Source: Mobula hypostoma
Taxonomy: Eukaryota
Assembly: GCF_963921235.1 (NCBI RefSeq)
Contig: NC_086097.1
Span: forward strand, 67,580,001 to 67,644,000
Direction: 5' to 3'
DNA: 64,000 bases
Part shown: piece by piece, positions 1 to 11,931 of the stretch
Position numbering within the stretch: position 1 is the first letter of the stretch
How the letters are laid out: every line of letters starts with the position of its first letter
Notes under the pieces: generated by a model
Database searches by the model: none
What the model was told of the DNA's origin: nothing
What the model saw: the letters and a program-made list of their open reading frames with translations, nothing else
Translations under genes and position numbers: made by a program

Positions 1-1459
1 GTAGAAATCATTCATCCAGTAAAGTGGCAAATCTATTTGTATAATCTCATCATTTTCCAAACATTAAAGCATCTATGTATTTTCATATGAAACAATCCAA
101 AAATATTGCAGATCAATTTGAAATTGTTCGAACACCAAATATACAATCTCAGAATTAAGCATAATATGATGTGTTGGCTTAACTCATGGTTAGCTGGAGA
201 GTTTATGGAGAAAGAATGTCACAATGTGTAAAGAAGCTATATTTCATACAGATTTATTAAAAATAGAAATTTATAAATTAAGATCTAGAATATTGTGTGA
301 TTATAATATGTGGATTTGACTATTTTCATCTGATAATTGATAAAACATTTTCCCAAACAGTATTCACAAGATCATGTTTCATTACACCGCAAGTCTACTG
401 TGGAAAATATTGATTTCAATGGCAGTACCACAAAATAAAAGAGGCTTTTGTTAGCCAGAGAAAAAATAAGCTGTATGTGAGGAAGTGACAAAGCAGCTAA
501 TACAATCTTGGTTTTTGTTGGGTTTATAATCTGTTTTCTGTATCCCAATCTCCTGTAATCAGGTTTGATTTTGGGGAATGGGCGGGGAAAGGAACAGTGG
601 TTCTTTGCCAGGATTGTGGAGGCTGGGCAGGGCTCCTGTTAAACCTGTTTATAATGTATAGAGTCAGAGAGTAATACAACATGGAAATAGGCCCCTTGGC
701 CTAAGTTATCCATGGTCCATGCCTACAAAAACGCCCATCAAAGCAAGTCGCAGTTTTCTGTGTTTGGCCCATTTCCTTCTAACATTTGCTATCCCTGCAC
801 CTGAACCGAGCTGTGATGTCTGTTGATATCGTGGCACAAATTTAGTTTTTTTTTTAACTTCACAGTGATGGTTTTGGTGAGAGTGCAGGGAGTTGGGGGC
901 TAGCTTAGGGTTTAGAGACTAGGGTGAGGGAGAGTTAGAAGTCTGGGATAGGAGCCTGTGTTCGAATCCAAGTTGGAATGCTCTGTGATTGAATGTCAAC
1001 AATCCTAGAGTTTGGTTTGGGTCAATTTGACAAGTGCTGAGGAGACCAGCGATTCCCGGAAAAAATCCCATGTCAGACATTCACACAGGTGTGTTTTGAG
1101 GGCTGGTGACACCCCAGGCCATTGGAATTGAAAGACCTTGCGAGTCCAGAAGTTGAGACTCAAGGTGCTGCATAGTTGATCCTGGGAGTCAGGTCAGTTG
1201 AAGCGTGAAGGTGAAACCAATGGATGGCAAGTCCTGGGTCTGAGGCCTGAAAGTCAATATCCAGAGACAGTAATGTCCAGAGAGCAAAGTAGAAAGTCAA
1301 AATCCAGACCTCGGTGGGTAGGAAGTCAAAAGCCTAAAACGTCGAAGACTGAAGATGACAGGTCTGGAATTAGAGGCCCAAGGTCAAGACTGTGAGTCCG
1401 GACTAGGGACTGGAGGTTCGAGGCCCAATGTCTGCAACTCTGAAAGACAGGGAGCTTAG

Positions 1460-4400
1460 TGTTGTGTCTTTAATATTTCAGTAAGATTTGAGTAATATTG
1501 TAAATATATTGTTCGATTAAGCGTTCTTTGCTGTTTACATAATTCATTAAGGGTTATATGTAAAAGTACATGAATGGCATGTGCCGTTATGCCACATCAT
1601 AAGTGCGTGCCTTGCTAAAAGTAAAAAATGAAATGTACATGTTTATCCCCAGTTCTGTGTTTTTCTTTCAATTAGTTTCATGTTTTGGAGTTAAAAAAAA
1701 CATGTGTTGACAAAAAAGTTGTGAATGAACCCAAGATGACTATTTACCTGTTGAAGCACAATGGGATGCTTTACTTAAAGAAAGTGCAGTGACATGCTTG
1801 GGTTAAAAAATGCATCACACATTTCTCTGGAAGGGGACAAGGATGGTTGAATTTTTTAAAAATTGGCATAATATGGACAAAATTTGTGGGTTCATAGACA
1901 ATGAGTACCAGGGTATAACAATCATAAATAATAAAAAGCAGAAATAGCAGGCTACAACAGAAAGAAACACTGATTCTTGAGAATTTCGATAAAACAGGTT
2001 TTAATTTTGAAAAGAAAAGATTTTAAACGTTAAGAAATCTAAACATATATTTATAGAACAAGGTCTCAGCGATCAAGCAATATTTCAGTGCAACCTCCTG
2101 ATCTTGTAATTTTTTCATAAAATATGTGTTTTTCCTGTCATTGCTTAGTTTTTGTCAACACAGTCAGACACAATAAAAAGCTAATTATTCCTATTTGTTT
2201 AGTCTTATATTGATTTAGAGCTTTTAAATCGTTGTGTCTACACCATAGGTACACATATATACTGTTAAATGTTGAATATTCACTTTTGTTCATTTTTTAT
2301 ACTATTTCACGTGTACTCCTTTAAAAACTCTTACATCATGCAAATTTTATCATTAGCATTAAATATACAAAATAACAAGTCTGGACATAAAAACATATTT
2401 TTACTTTTAAAAACACAATTACTTTAATAAATCAACTGTTTTGGAGGAACAGATTGTAAGCATATTAATCTTAAACAAAGGAAGTTCCATCTGACAGTGG
2501 TGACTAAACACACTTGTTTACATGATATGCATGAGCTGTATACAGGAGCCATCTTGTTTTCCCTCTGTTGCTAGCTCCCTCTGGCCTCTAATTAAAATGC
2601 ATAAATTTATGTCATAATTTAAAATAATTCTTTCTATACAAAAGAGTCAGTGTTGACACATCCTGGTTGTGACGGTAGCAACATCAATAAATATGTAAAA
2701 ATTATTGAAAAAAATAGCAAATTTACAGGAGCTTGTTTGACCTTGTTGCATTTAGCAGATGTAGAGGGTGGAAAGGGGGGGGTTCTCAGGAATATAGTTG
2801 GCGATGTGGTTGCCTGATTTTATTGCTTTTTTATATAAATATATGATGGTGTTGACAAAAACTTGGGACACATTTTGAGCAACCACAAAATAAGAGTAAA
2901 TATTGTTGAAAATTCACTGCTTTTGGTATTAAAGAGGCTTTTCACTCTACTCTTTCATCTGGCATATATGTTATGCATTTTAAATGACTTTTTCACACTT
3001 TTTTATCAAATTGAAATGATAATCTCTTGTCTGAGGACAACTGATTTTGTGGGTACTGGACTAACATATAATCATATAATTTATAAAATTCAAAACAAAC
3101 ATATGAAAAAATGATGCATTTGTGCAAAAGACCCTCAGATGATCAACCCTGACTATTTTAAATAAGAAAATGTTATTCATTTTTAATGGAATTAGCACTT
3201 TTCTTAGTGGGATGTGTTTTCGCCGAAGTCTCAAGAAGCAGTGAAAGATATCCTTAATCGCACAAAGGATAACCGCATTTTGTATACTGAGCAAATTGAG
3301 CAGTATTTTAGAGCAAATGAACCAGCCAATGAAAAGCAAGTGCCAGTTTGGCTGAGTGTATTAGGTGGAAAGGCATACAGATTGCACAGAAGTTTGACTG
3401 CTCCAACTAAACCAGCCAAAATGAGCTTTGTTGATATTATGAAAGTAATGCAAGAACATTTAGAACTGAAACCATTGTTGATTGTAGAACATGTTGAGTT
3501 TCGTAAGCAGAATCAGAAGGAAGGTGGGTCCATTTCAGCTTTTGTGGCTGAAAAGAAGTGATTGTTTGAGATTATGTGGCTGAATTGAAGGAATTGACCA
3601 AGCTTAGTCAGTTCAGTGATGGGCTAAATGATGATCATTTAGTTTGTAGAATCTTACAAGAAAGCATTCAATAACAACTCTTAACTGAAGCACAGCTCAC
3701 ATTTAAAATAGCAATTGAAATTGTTGTATCAATGGAAACAGCAGACAGAGACACAATTAAGTTGCAGTCAAGAATGAAAATGAGTGTGAACAACATCTAA
3801 ACAGAAACATGCCTGGTCAAATAAATTGTGTCACCATTGCGACAGGGGTTCACATACACTGGACCAAAGCAGATTTAAATGTGAAACATGTGGAATATAC
3901 AAAAAAGTAGGGCACATAAAAAGAACACGCTGGGTAGATGAAATAAATGGACTAAACAGGGAAGAGATGAAGATAAAAAATCAAGTTGCGGTTTCAAAAG
4001 AGCATTAATCTGCATGCTTTTGATGAAAAATCTGATCACGACGAGAGTGACACAAGACTGAATAGCCTTGGGATTTACAATGTGAAAACAAGCAAGAGAC
4101 AAGCAATATGGCGTGTGCCAGAAGTGAAAGGCAAAATAATTAAAATGGACTTGGACACTGGCTCGGCTGTTTCAGTCATTCCGCAAAATGAGTTTGAATG
4201 GCTTTTCAAGGATACTGAACAGAAGCTTGCAGATATCTAGCTAAGCATTTATTTAGAAAAGTTAACTCCTGTGGAAATACAACAACCAACAAGGGTACAT
4301 TAGGATTATATGTGGCAAAAACAGGAAGGCCAGTATTGTGGGGCTGTGATCGGCTGAGATAACTACAACTTGATTGGACATTGATCCACCATTTGCATGC

Positions 4401-4830
4401 CACATCCCTACAAAAGACTCAACTGAAAGTGAATTAAGAAAGGTACTAGATGTTGCCACAGCAGTGTTCAGGAATGGCCTTGGAAAGCTTAAACATATCA
4501 AGGTTAATGTAAGTAAACCGGGTCAAGGCAATTTCCTCCTGCTGCTGGTAAAAATGAGGGAACTGGAGTTTTTGCTGCACATTCCAGCCATTTTGGGTGT
4601 CCTTGTAGACCTGAGACAGTGTGGGGTCTCTTCTAGTTTCCTTTTGGTTCATCTTTGCTGAAAAAGGGTGACTTTCAATTTGCATTAGGGAGAATACGTT
4701 AAGAGGAGTGTCCTCTTGTGAAAAATTTTCAGGTATTTCCTTTCGAGATAGGATTTGATGACATCCAAGCTTGAACGTAAGGGATGACCCAAGAACAGCA
4801 TTGAAAATGAATTGTTGTTAGTGGTGTGTA
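1460..4830 (+). mobile_element. Decayed Ty3/Gypsy (Mag-like) LTR retrotransposon copy 1: 5' LTR 1460-1702, gag, protease, then inverted pol fragments
   Basis: LTR aligns with the LTRs at 24754 and 28849. gag YTEQIEQYFRAN...LSVLGGKAY, degenerate zinc knuckles (CHHCDRGSH, CGIYKKVGH), protease MDLDTGSAVSVI; many stops and frameshifts. Confidence 0.88.
1968..3243. mobile_element. Non-autonomous DNA transposon with CACTG termini (CMC/Chapaev3-like), nested in Gypsy gag
   Basis: Left end cactgattcttgagaatttcgataaaaca vs reverse complement of right end cactgcttcttgagacttcggcgaaaaca (23/29 identical). AAA on both flanks; gag is colinear across the insertion. Confidence 0.75.
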
Positions 4831-4834
4831 CTGC

Positions 4835-7190
4835 AAAAATCCTGGCTTTTACATCATCTTTCACCTTAAGTACATGCCCTCTGGTATTAGACATTTCAAT
4901 TCTAAGAAAATGATACTGTACTCTATATATGCCTCTCATAATATTATAAGTCTCTATAAGATCCTTTCTCAGCCTTTGCCACTCCAGAGAAAACAATCCA
5001 AATTTGGCCACCCTCTCAGTGATCAAACATGCCCCCTAATCGAGGAAGCAATTTGGTAAAACTCTCCTGCACCCTGTCTAAATCCTCGAATTCCTTCCTG
5101 TAATGGGGTGACCAGAACAGTATGCAATACTCCTGATATTGTCTAACTAGAGTTTTATAAAGCTGCAACCTAACTTCCTGACTTTTGAACTCAGTTCTTG
5201 ACTAATAAGGGCAAACTTGCCTTATGCCTTCTTAATCACCATAGCCACTTTTAGGGAGCTATGAACTTAAAACCCAAGATTCCTCTGCTCAACAACACGG
5301 TTAAGGGTTTTCCCCTTAACAGCATACCGTCACTTTGCATTTTACCTGCCAAGCTGTAGCACTTAACACTTGTCCGGCTTAAAGTCCATCTGCCATTTCT
5401 CTGTCCATATCTGCAACTGATCTATATCCTGCTGAATTCTTTGCCAGTCAACTTTGCCGTCCATAACACCACCAATCTCTGTATTATCTGCAAACTTACT
5501 AACTCGCCCATTTCCATTTTCATCCTGGTCATTTATATACTTCTCAAAAAACAGGGGTCCCAGTACAGATCCCTGTGTAACATGACTAATCACAGACTTC
5601 CAGCTGGAATAAGTCCCTATGACCACCACCCTGTTTTCTATGGGCAAGCCAATTCAGAATCCAAATGGCCAACTCACCATGGCCTTTTAATTTTCTGGAT
5701 GAGCTTGTCAAATGTCTTACTGAAATCCATCAGGATAACACCCACAGCTCTACCTTCATCAATCACCCTTGTCACTTGGTCAAGAGACTTAATCTAGTAA
5801 AACATGCCCCGCACAAGAAGAAGAAGAAAGCTCTTAACTCTGAGTGGAGACAACGGAACGCCGTTCATGACGGCACTTTTTTAGCAGGCTTTCTTATTTT
5901 TACGAGGCCGAGTTGCTAGCTCGACACTCAACCCAGCACAGATGGAAAGTGTGCAAGGGAGCCGGCTGGATTCGAACTTGGGAACCTTTGCTCCGAAGTC
6001 TGGCGCTGATGCCACTACACCACCAGCCAGTTTACATGCCCCGCACAAAGCCATGCTTAATTAGGTCATGGTTTTCCAAATGCTCATAAATCCTATTCTT
6101 AAGAGTCCTCTCCAGTAACTTCCCTACTACTGACATAAGAATCACTAGTTTATAGTTTCAGGATTATCCCTGGTTCCCTTCTTGAATAATGGAACAACAT
6201 TAGCTACTTGCCCGTCTTACAGGACCTCGACTGTGGCTAGAGTGAACCCAAAATATTGCTCAAGGCCCCAGCAATCTCTTCTCTTTCCTTTCTCAATAAC
6301 CTGGGGTATAACTCACCAGTCCTTGGGAATTTATCCACCTTAATGCTCTTTAAGAACATTAGCTTAAAGAGCTTATTGCCCTAGCTTATTAATACTCTTG
6401 GCACTGATCTCCCTATCCTCCATGCCTTTCTCCTTAAGGACCTCACCCACATACTTCATATCCAGGCAAATATTTCCCCCTTCATCCGTGAGTGGTCCCA
6501 CCCTCTCCCTAGTTATCCTCTTGCTCCTGATGTATGTATCGAATGCCTTGAGATTCTCTTTAATTTTACTTCCCAAGGAATTTTCATGGCCCCTCTTGGC
6601 TTTCCTAATTCTCTTCTTTTGAGTTCTTTTCTGGCTTCTTTATAATCCTCCAGGGCTCCGTCTGATTCTGGCTTTCTAAGCTTTACATACTTAACCTTTT
6701 TCTTCTCAACTACGTTCATCACCTCCCGCTATATCCAAGGTTCTCTCATCTTGTCATTCTTGTCTTTCCTTCTGACTGGAACATAAACATCCTGTACTCT
6801 GTGCAGCTGGTCTTTAAACACCCTCTACGTGTCAGATGTGGACTTGCCCCAAACCAGCTGTTCCCAATTAACTCACCCTATTTCCTGCCTAATACTCTTG
6901 TAATTTGCCATGCTCCAGTTTAATACTCTCTCACAAAGTCCATGTTTATCCTTATTTATAACTATCCTAAGACTTAAAGAGTTGTGGTCACTGTTCCTTA
7001 ACTGCTCACCCACTGAAAGGTTGGGCCCCTGGTCAGGCTCATTACCCAAAACCAGATCCAGTACAGTCCCTCCTCCGGTTCGACTATCTACATATTGATT
7101 TCAGAAATGCTCCTGGATACATATAACCAATTCTAAACCAATTCAACCCCATCTAAAGCACTTGCACCAAGAAGGTCCCAGTTTATAAGG
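4835..7190 (-). mobile_element. CR1-type LINE, decayed ORF2 fragments
   Basis: RT motifs VTQGSVLGPLFF..YIND..SKFADNTEIGG (5363-5647), C-terminal RLRKDLIETYNIMRGI, and IKENLKAFDTYIRSKRITRERVGPL upstream. Confidence 0.88.
5817..6033 (-). mobile_element. tRNA-derived SINE with RTE-like body and (CTT)n tail, inserted in CR1
   Basis: Minus strand: A box TGGTGTAGTGG, B box GTTCGAATCC, motif gggttgagtgtcgagctagcaactcggcctcgtaaaaa. 15-bp TSD ACATGCCCCGCACAA at 5802-5816 and 6034-6048. Confidence 0.88.
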
Positions 7191-8289
7191 GAATTTATTA
7201 ATTCATTAATAATTCAAAATCTAACATGTCCTTAGTTTGAGAAAGAACTTGTGGGAGTTGCTAACCTTACATTCATGCATTTTCAGTCCGTTCTTCAACT
7301 GAGTACCACAAAACATTTTGGTAATTGTTAGGCTAACAAAGCAGTTTAATGGGAGATTTTCCTTCAGTCAAGTCTTTCATAACCTGGAGTCCCTGTGTCT
7401 GCGGAACGCTTGTTGACATCTCAAAGTGTACTATTGTCCTCAAGCACTAGCCACTCAAAATGCATGCTTAACAATGTGGAACTGTTAACTTTTGAACATA
7501 TATCTCTGACTTGTATCCTCTGGAGTACTTGTACATCACTCTGCCAGACATCCAGTAATAGATCCCAAAGAAAAGTACTGTAAGTTCCTTTGCCTCATAA
7601 TTATATCTTCATTTGTAATTCCCTGTGTGAAGGCAGCTCGAACTAAAACAGATTAAATTCCCTCAGCGCATGCACCTGTTGTAATTGATAATAGTCTCCA
7701 GACAGGGTCAATCTTTGCAAGGCAAACAGCTCCCTTCATTAAGCATCTTTGCATATTTAAATTAACTATGATACTTAAAGAGGCTTGGAATCAACTGGGT
7801 AACAGATGTGTGTCTCAGATCAATTTCATAAGTGAAGTTGTAGCTAACAAGAAATGTAATGATGTGACCATTAGTCCTCTGTCAGATTTAATACCACCCT
7901 GAAGCCTCATGGACAAATGCTGATCCTATAAATTGGATACAATTTACCATTGATACCTGCATGGTTTCTGTTAATATCGGATATGAGGTCATAAGACAAA
8001 CTTCAATCTAAGTCTTCCCTCTCAGGCTTGCAATGTGCATTCTTCCGTCTGAAAATCAGCCACAGACTTTACCTTCAGCTTTTCTGTACAGTATTTAAAG
8101 ATGGCCTCTCAATGGATTAATCTTTTCCCAGTAAGACTGCAGTGCATTCGATTGCAGCAGCTTCCACAGGGTCAATAAAGGGTAATATCGTCCTTTTTAA
8201 TCATTTTTTTTATGAATGCAAGACCCTTCTAGACATTAAGAACATAAAGTACTGCAGGTGTTTCTCATCAGCGTGTTGCTTGTTGGTGA

Positions 8290-9693
8290 CGAAACTGAAG
8301 GAGCTGGACTTGGTGCAGATCATGCTGCTGCCTGCGTCAGAGAGGCTTTGGAGGAGTCAGTCTGCAAAGGAGGCATGCAGTCTAATATGCAGTGACCATC
8401 TTAGGTGCTTTTCTTGTGATCGCAAGACCCTTTTGGACACTGTTATCGTGGAATGATTCACTGACTGACTGGTGGACAGCAGGGGTGGGTGGCAGGGGAG
8501 CTGTGTGTCCTCAGTCATAACCAGGACTAGGCCTCAAGCCATGGTTTTACCTGTTTACAGCCCCCAGGAGAGAGGTATCCATGCTGGCAATGGTGCTCCC
8601 CCTCCCTCCCCCCATTATTCGCTCGGTAGAAGATGAGCTGTGTTGTGGTTCACTGCAGCTTTCTGTGGCATTCACAGACTCAAGGCCTCAAGCTGCAGTG
8701 GCAGACATCCCAGTTCTGCCGGAAGTTCCGGGAGTCTCCCGCATATTGTTAGTGGCTCCCTGATGCCTGGAAATTATATACAATATCCCAGAAATCGATT
8801 TTTTTGAGAGGGAGAGGGAGAGGGAGAGTGAGCATCCTGATTGGTCTCTCTTCATGCTAAGTAGACCTATCAATTTTCTGTGTGGGCGGGCTTTACAGTC
8901 GACCTCAAAAATAATGACAGTGTTGCTCACTGCACTGTTTGCAACAGTGACTTTTCTATTGCCCATGGTGGGTTAAAACATAAAAGACATGTTGAGGTGA
9001 GTTTAACAGGTGTCATTCGTTCATTAGCAAAGCTAACATTATTTAAACTAGCTGGCTAGCTGCCAAGGAGTTACTCTATTGATGTCCTACGTGATGAGGC
9101 CAAACTCCCTGTAGACTTGCTTAAAGTTGTAATAGAATAAACATGATAATATAATATAATATAAGTACATATTTTAATGTCACATTTTCTGCATATACCC
9201 AACTTGGTTTACAGATTAGACAAAATCACAAAACAAAGTATTACATACACCCTTGGAGGTCGATCAGGTGGGGGGGGGTATGGGGTTGCGGGGGGGGGGG
9301 GCGGGGGTGCTACCTCCCTGAAATGAGTTTTTGCAGGGTGAGATGTCTGCAGTGGTGTCAGAAGAGAGGTGTCAGTGTTGGTGTGCTCCACTGGGGGTGG
9401 TGTGGTATGGCATCCAGGCATGAGTCGCTGCTGCTCCCCCCCCAATGTTTTTTCTGCCGAAGATGAGTTAAATTGTGGTTGACTGCAGATTTCTATGGCA
9501 TTCATGGACTCAGGGCTCGGGGTTTGGACTTGTTTTCGAGTGGCAGCATTTTTCTGATATCTTACATGTGCATACTATCTTGTTTGTGCTGTGTGTGACT
9601 GTTGGCACTGTATTTTGCACCTTGGCCCTGGAGTTATGCTGTCTTGTTTGGCTGTATTCATGTATGGTTGAATGACAATTAAACTTGAATTGA
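8290..9693 (+). repeat. Old non-LTR-derived interspersed repeat interrupted by the 8702-9349 MITE
   Basis: Internal diverged direct repeat (about 8628-8686 and 9457-9516); ends in attaaacttgaattgaat, a LINE-like short-repeat tail. Confidence 0.45.
8702..9349. mobile_element. hAT-like non-autonomous DNA element (MITE)
   Basis: TIR CAGACATC(C/T)CA at both ends; CAGTGG on both flanks (8696-8701, 9350-9355); subterminal ttccgggagtctcccg. Confidence 0.7.
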
Positions 9694-9705
9694 ATATGGA
9701 GACAT

Positions 9706-10258
9706 ATACTCAGTGGCTACTATGTTAGGAACCTTCTGTACCTAATAAAGTGGCCATTCAGTGTATGTTTGTGTTCTTTTGCTGCTGTATCTCATCCACT
9801 TCAAAGATTAACATGATGTTAATTCAGAGGTACTCTTCTACATACCACTGTTAGTACGTCTGTTTACGTGAGCTACTGTTACCTTCCTATCAGCTTGAAT
9901 CAGTCTGGCTATCCTTCTCTAACCTTCTCATTAACAAGGCATTTTCACCCCAGGTACTACCATTCACCAGATGTTTTTTTTGTTTTGTTGCACCATTCTC
10001 TGTCAACTCTAGAGACTGTTGAGTGTGAAAATCCTAGAAGATCAGCAGTTTCTGAGATATTCAAACCACACCGCCTGGCACCAATGATTACTCATGGTCA
10101 AAGTCGCTTAGATCACATTCCTTCCCCTTTCAGATGTTTGGTCTGAACAACAACTGAACCTCTTAACCAGGTCTGCATGCTTTTATGCATTGAGCTGCTG
10201 CCACATGATTGTCTGATTAGATATTTGCATTAACAGGCAGGTACCTAATAAAGAGCGT
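9706..10258. mobile_element. Tc1/mariner-derived non-autonomous element
   Basis: Ends resemble TACACTCAGTGGCCACTTTATTAGG / CCTAATAAAGTGGCC (seen at about 9706-9730, 9741-9765 and 10243-10252). Confidence 0.75.
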
Positions 10259-11712
10259 ATCTGCATGCCTGACCATTCTCTGAGGATTAACTGATGTTGT
10301 GAGCTATTGTGGTGAATTATTTCACCTCCAGAAATATTTTGTTCAAATGATAAGAGGCTTTGCAAGTGGGACTCGAGGTACCTTGATATAGATTCTCCAT
10401 GAATAAAATGACAATTTTGAGCTTCAGATCAGTCTTGTTTCTGCAGTTCTAGGGCTGCTTTATGATGATTATATTGAGTTAACAATGTGCAAGAAATACA
10501 TGGCCATTCCTGTAGGAAGTTCCACTGAGACAAATGCTCATGTTCTGCAAATATAAATATGAATATTGAGAATGAGGTTAACCTTTCGTGTCCTCATGTT
10601 ACATTAGGAAATACTGTCATCAGTGGGCACTGAGACACTGACTACAAATATATTCTAGGCTGGGAAGCTGCTTTGATTTTAATAAATGCAAATTGATTAA
10701 GCACCTGGGTTTCAATCAATTGTCATTTATCTTTATGTTGCAATGGCCGAATCTGGTGTTTTACAATAAGGACCTCAAGCAAAATTTATTAGCCCACCTC
10801 CATTGAGCATGGCCATTAATTTTTCTGCATAATTACTTCATTTAACATGGAATTTCAACCTGAAGCAAAAATGTTTAGTGCAGCATAAAAATAATAAATG
10901 AAACTCACAAAGATCCCATCAGAAAATTCTTTTCATTTGGATGAGATTAACAAAATGCTAACAGCTATACATAAAAGAATCAGCCAATTCCTAATCTACT
11001 TGTGCTTTCTCACTGTATGTGCCTTCACAGTCTAACTACTATATTAGTGTTTCTCTTACACTTGTTGCCTAGCTACAAGAAGGTTGTCCGCTTTCCATGG
11101 CGGGGGAACCAGATGTTCATGCTGGAGTCCCAAATGGAGCTCTTGCCCCTATAGGGCTGGTTTCCAACAAGAATGACTGCAGACTGGGAATGCTGGTTCT
11201 GAGATTCCGGCAAGGTCTTGTCTGAGAGCCAACAGTGGGAAGAGAAATTCTGATATCCTCAGGAAGGCTCCCACAGAGTCAGACAGACAACTTTGTGCAG
11301 ATTTGTTGTGACCCAGCTCACTTGCAGAAGCCCCCGGACCCCTGCCAATCCTGTTTGCTGCCTCCAACAAAACAGCAGGCTGCTTGGTGAAAATAGTGAG
11401 GCGCAATATCTTTCTGTGTACGTGGAACAGCTTTATCTGCTCCCACTGGGATTGTCCAGCTTTTGTAAGTAGGAGGCTGATGGAATTACCTCCTGCCCAA
11501 AGGCAGCCCCAAAAAGAATGCTCAGTGTTGGGAATCTTTGATAATAGATGTTGCCTTTTTGAGACAATGTCTCCTATAGATATTATCAATGTGAGGAGAG
11601 CTGTGTCCATTATGTACTGGGCAGAATCTACTACCCTCTGGTAAGAGGGAGGGAGAGGCAGGGGTTCAGCATGCCACATGCTATTAAGGGGAATCTCAGG
11701 ATGTTGAAAACC

Positions 11713-11931
11713 TAACACACACAGAATGCTAGAGGAACTCAGCAAGTCATGCAGCATCTATGGAGTGATAGAAACAGTCAATGTTTTGGACTGAGTCCCT
11801 TCATCAGGACTGGGCTCAGCTCAAAACATCAACTGTTTGTTTCCCTGCATAGATGCTCTCTGACTTGAGTTCCTCCAGTACTTTTGTGTGTGTTGCACAA
11901 GATTTCCAGCATCTGCAGAATCTCGTGTCAC
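11713..11931. mobile_element. Palindromic Penelope pseudo-LTR fragment
   Basis: acacacagaatgctagaggaactcagc followed by its inverted copy gagttcctccagtacttttgtgtgtgt; decayed hammerhead core CTGATGA on the minus strand near 11800. Confidence 0.75.

Noticed and set aside
1968-3243. RAG/ProtoRAG transposon or RSS-like ends
   Set aside because: Ends are CACTG(A/C)TT rather than a CACAGTG heptamer with a spaced nonamer, the TSD appears to be 3 bp rather than 5, and no transposase is present.
5960-6030. tRNA gene
   Set aside because: The A and B boxes belong to a SINE head followed by body, tail and TSD; no convincing cloverleaf.
11149-11757. 202-aa minus-strand ORF
   Set aside because: Begins in a Penelope pLTR and crosses a Rex-like fragment (QRVVDSAQYIM); chance read-through with no coherent domain.
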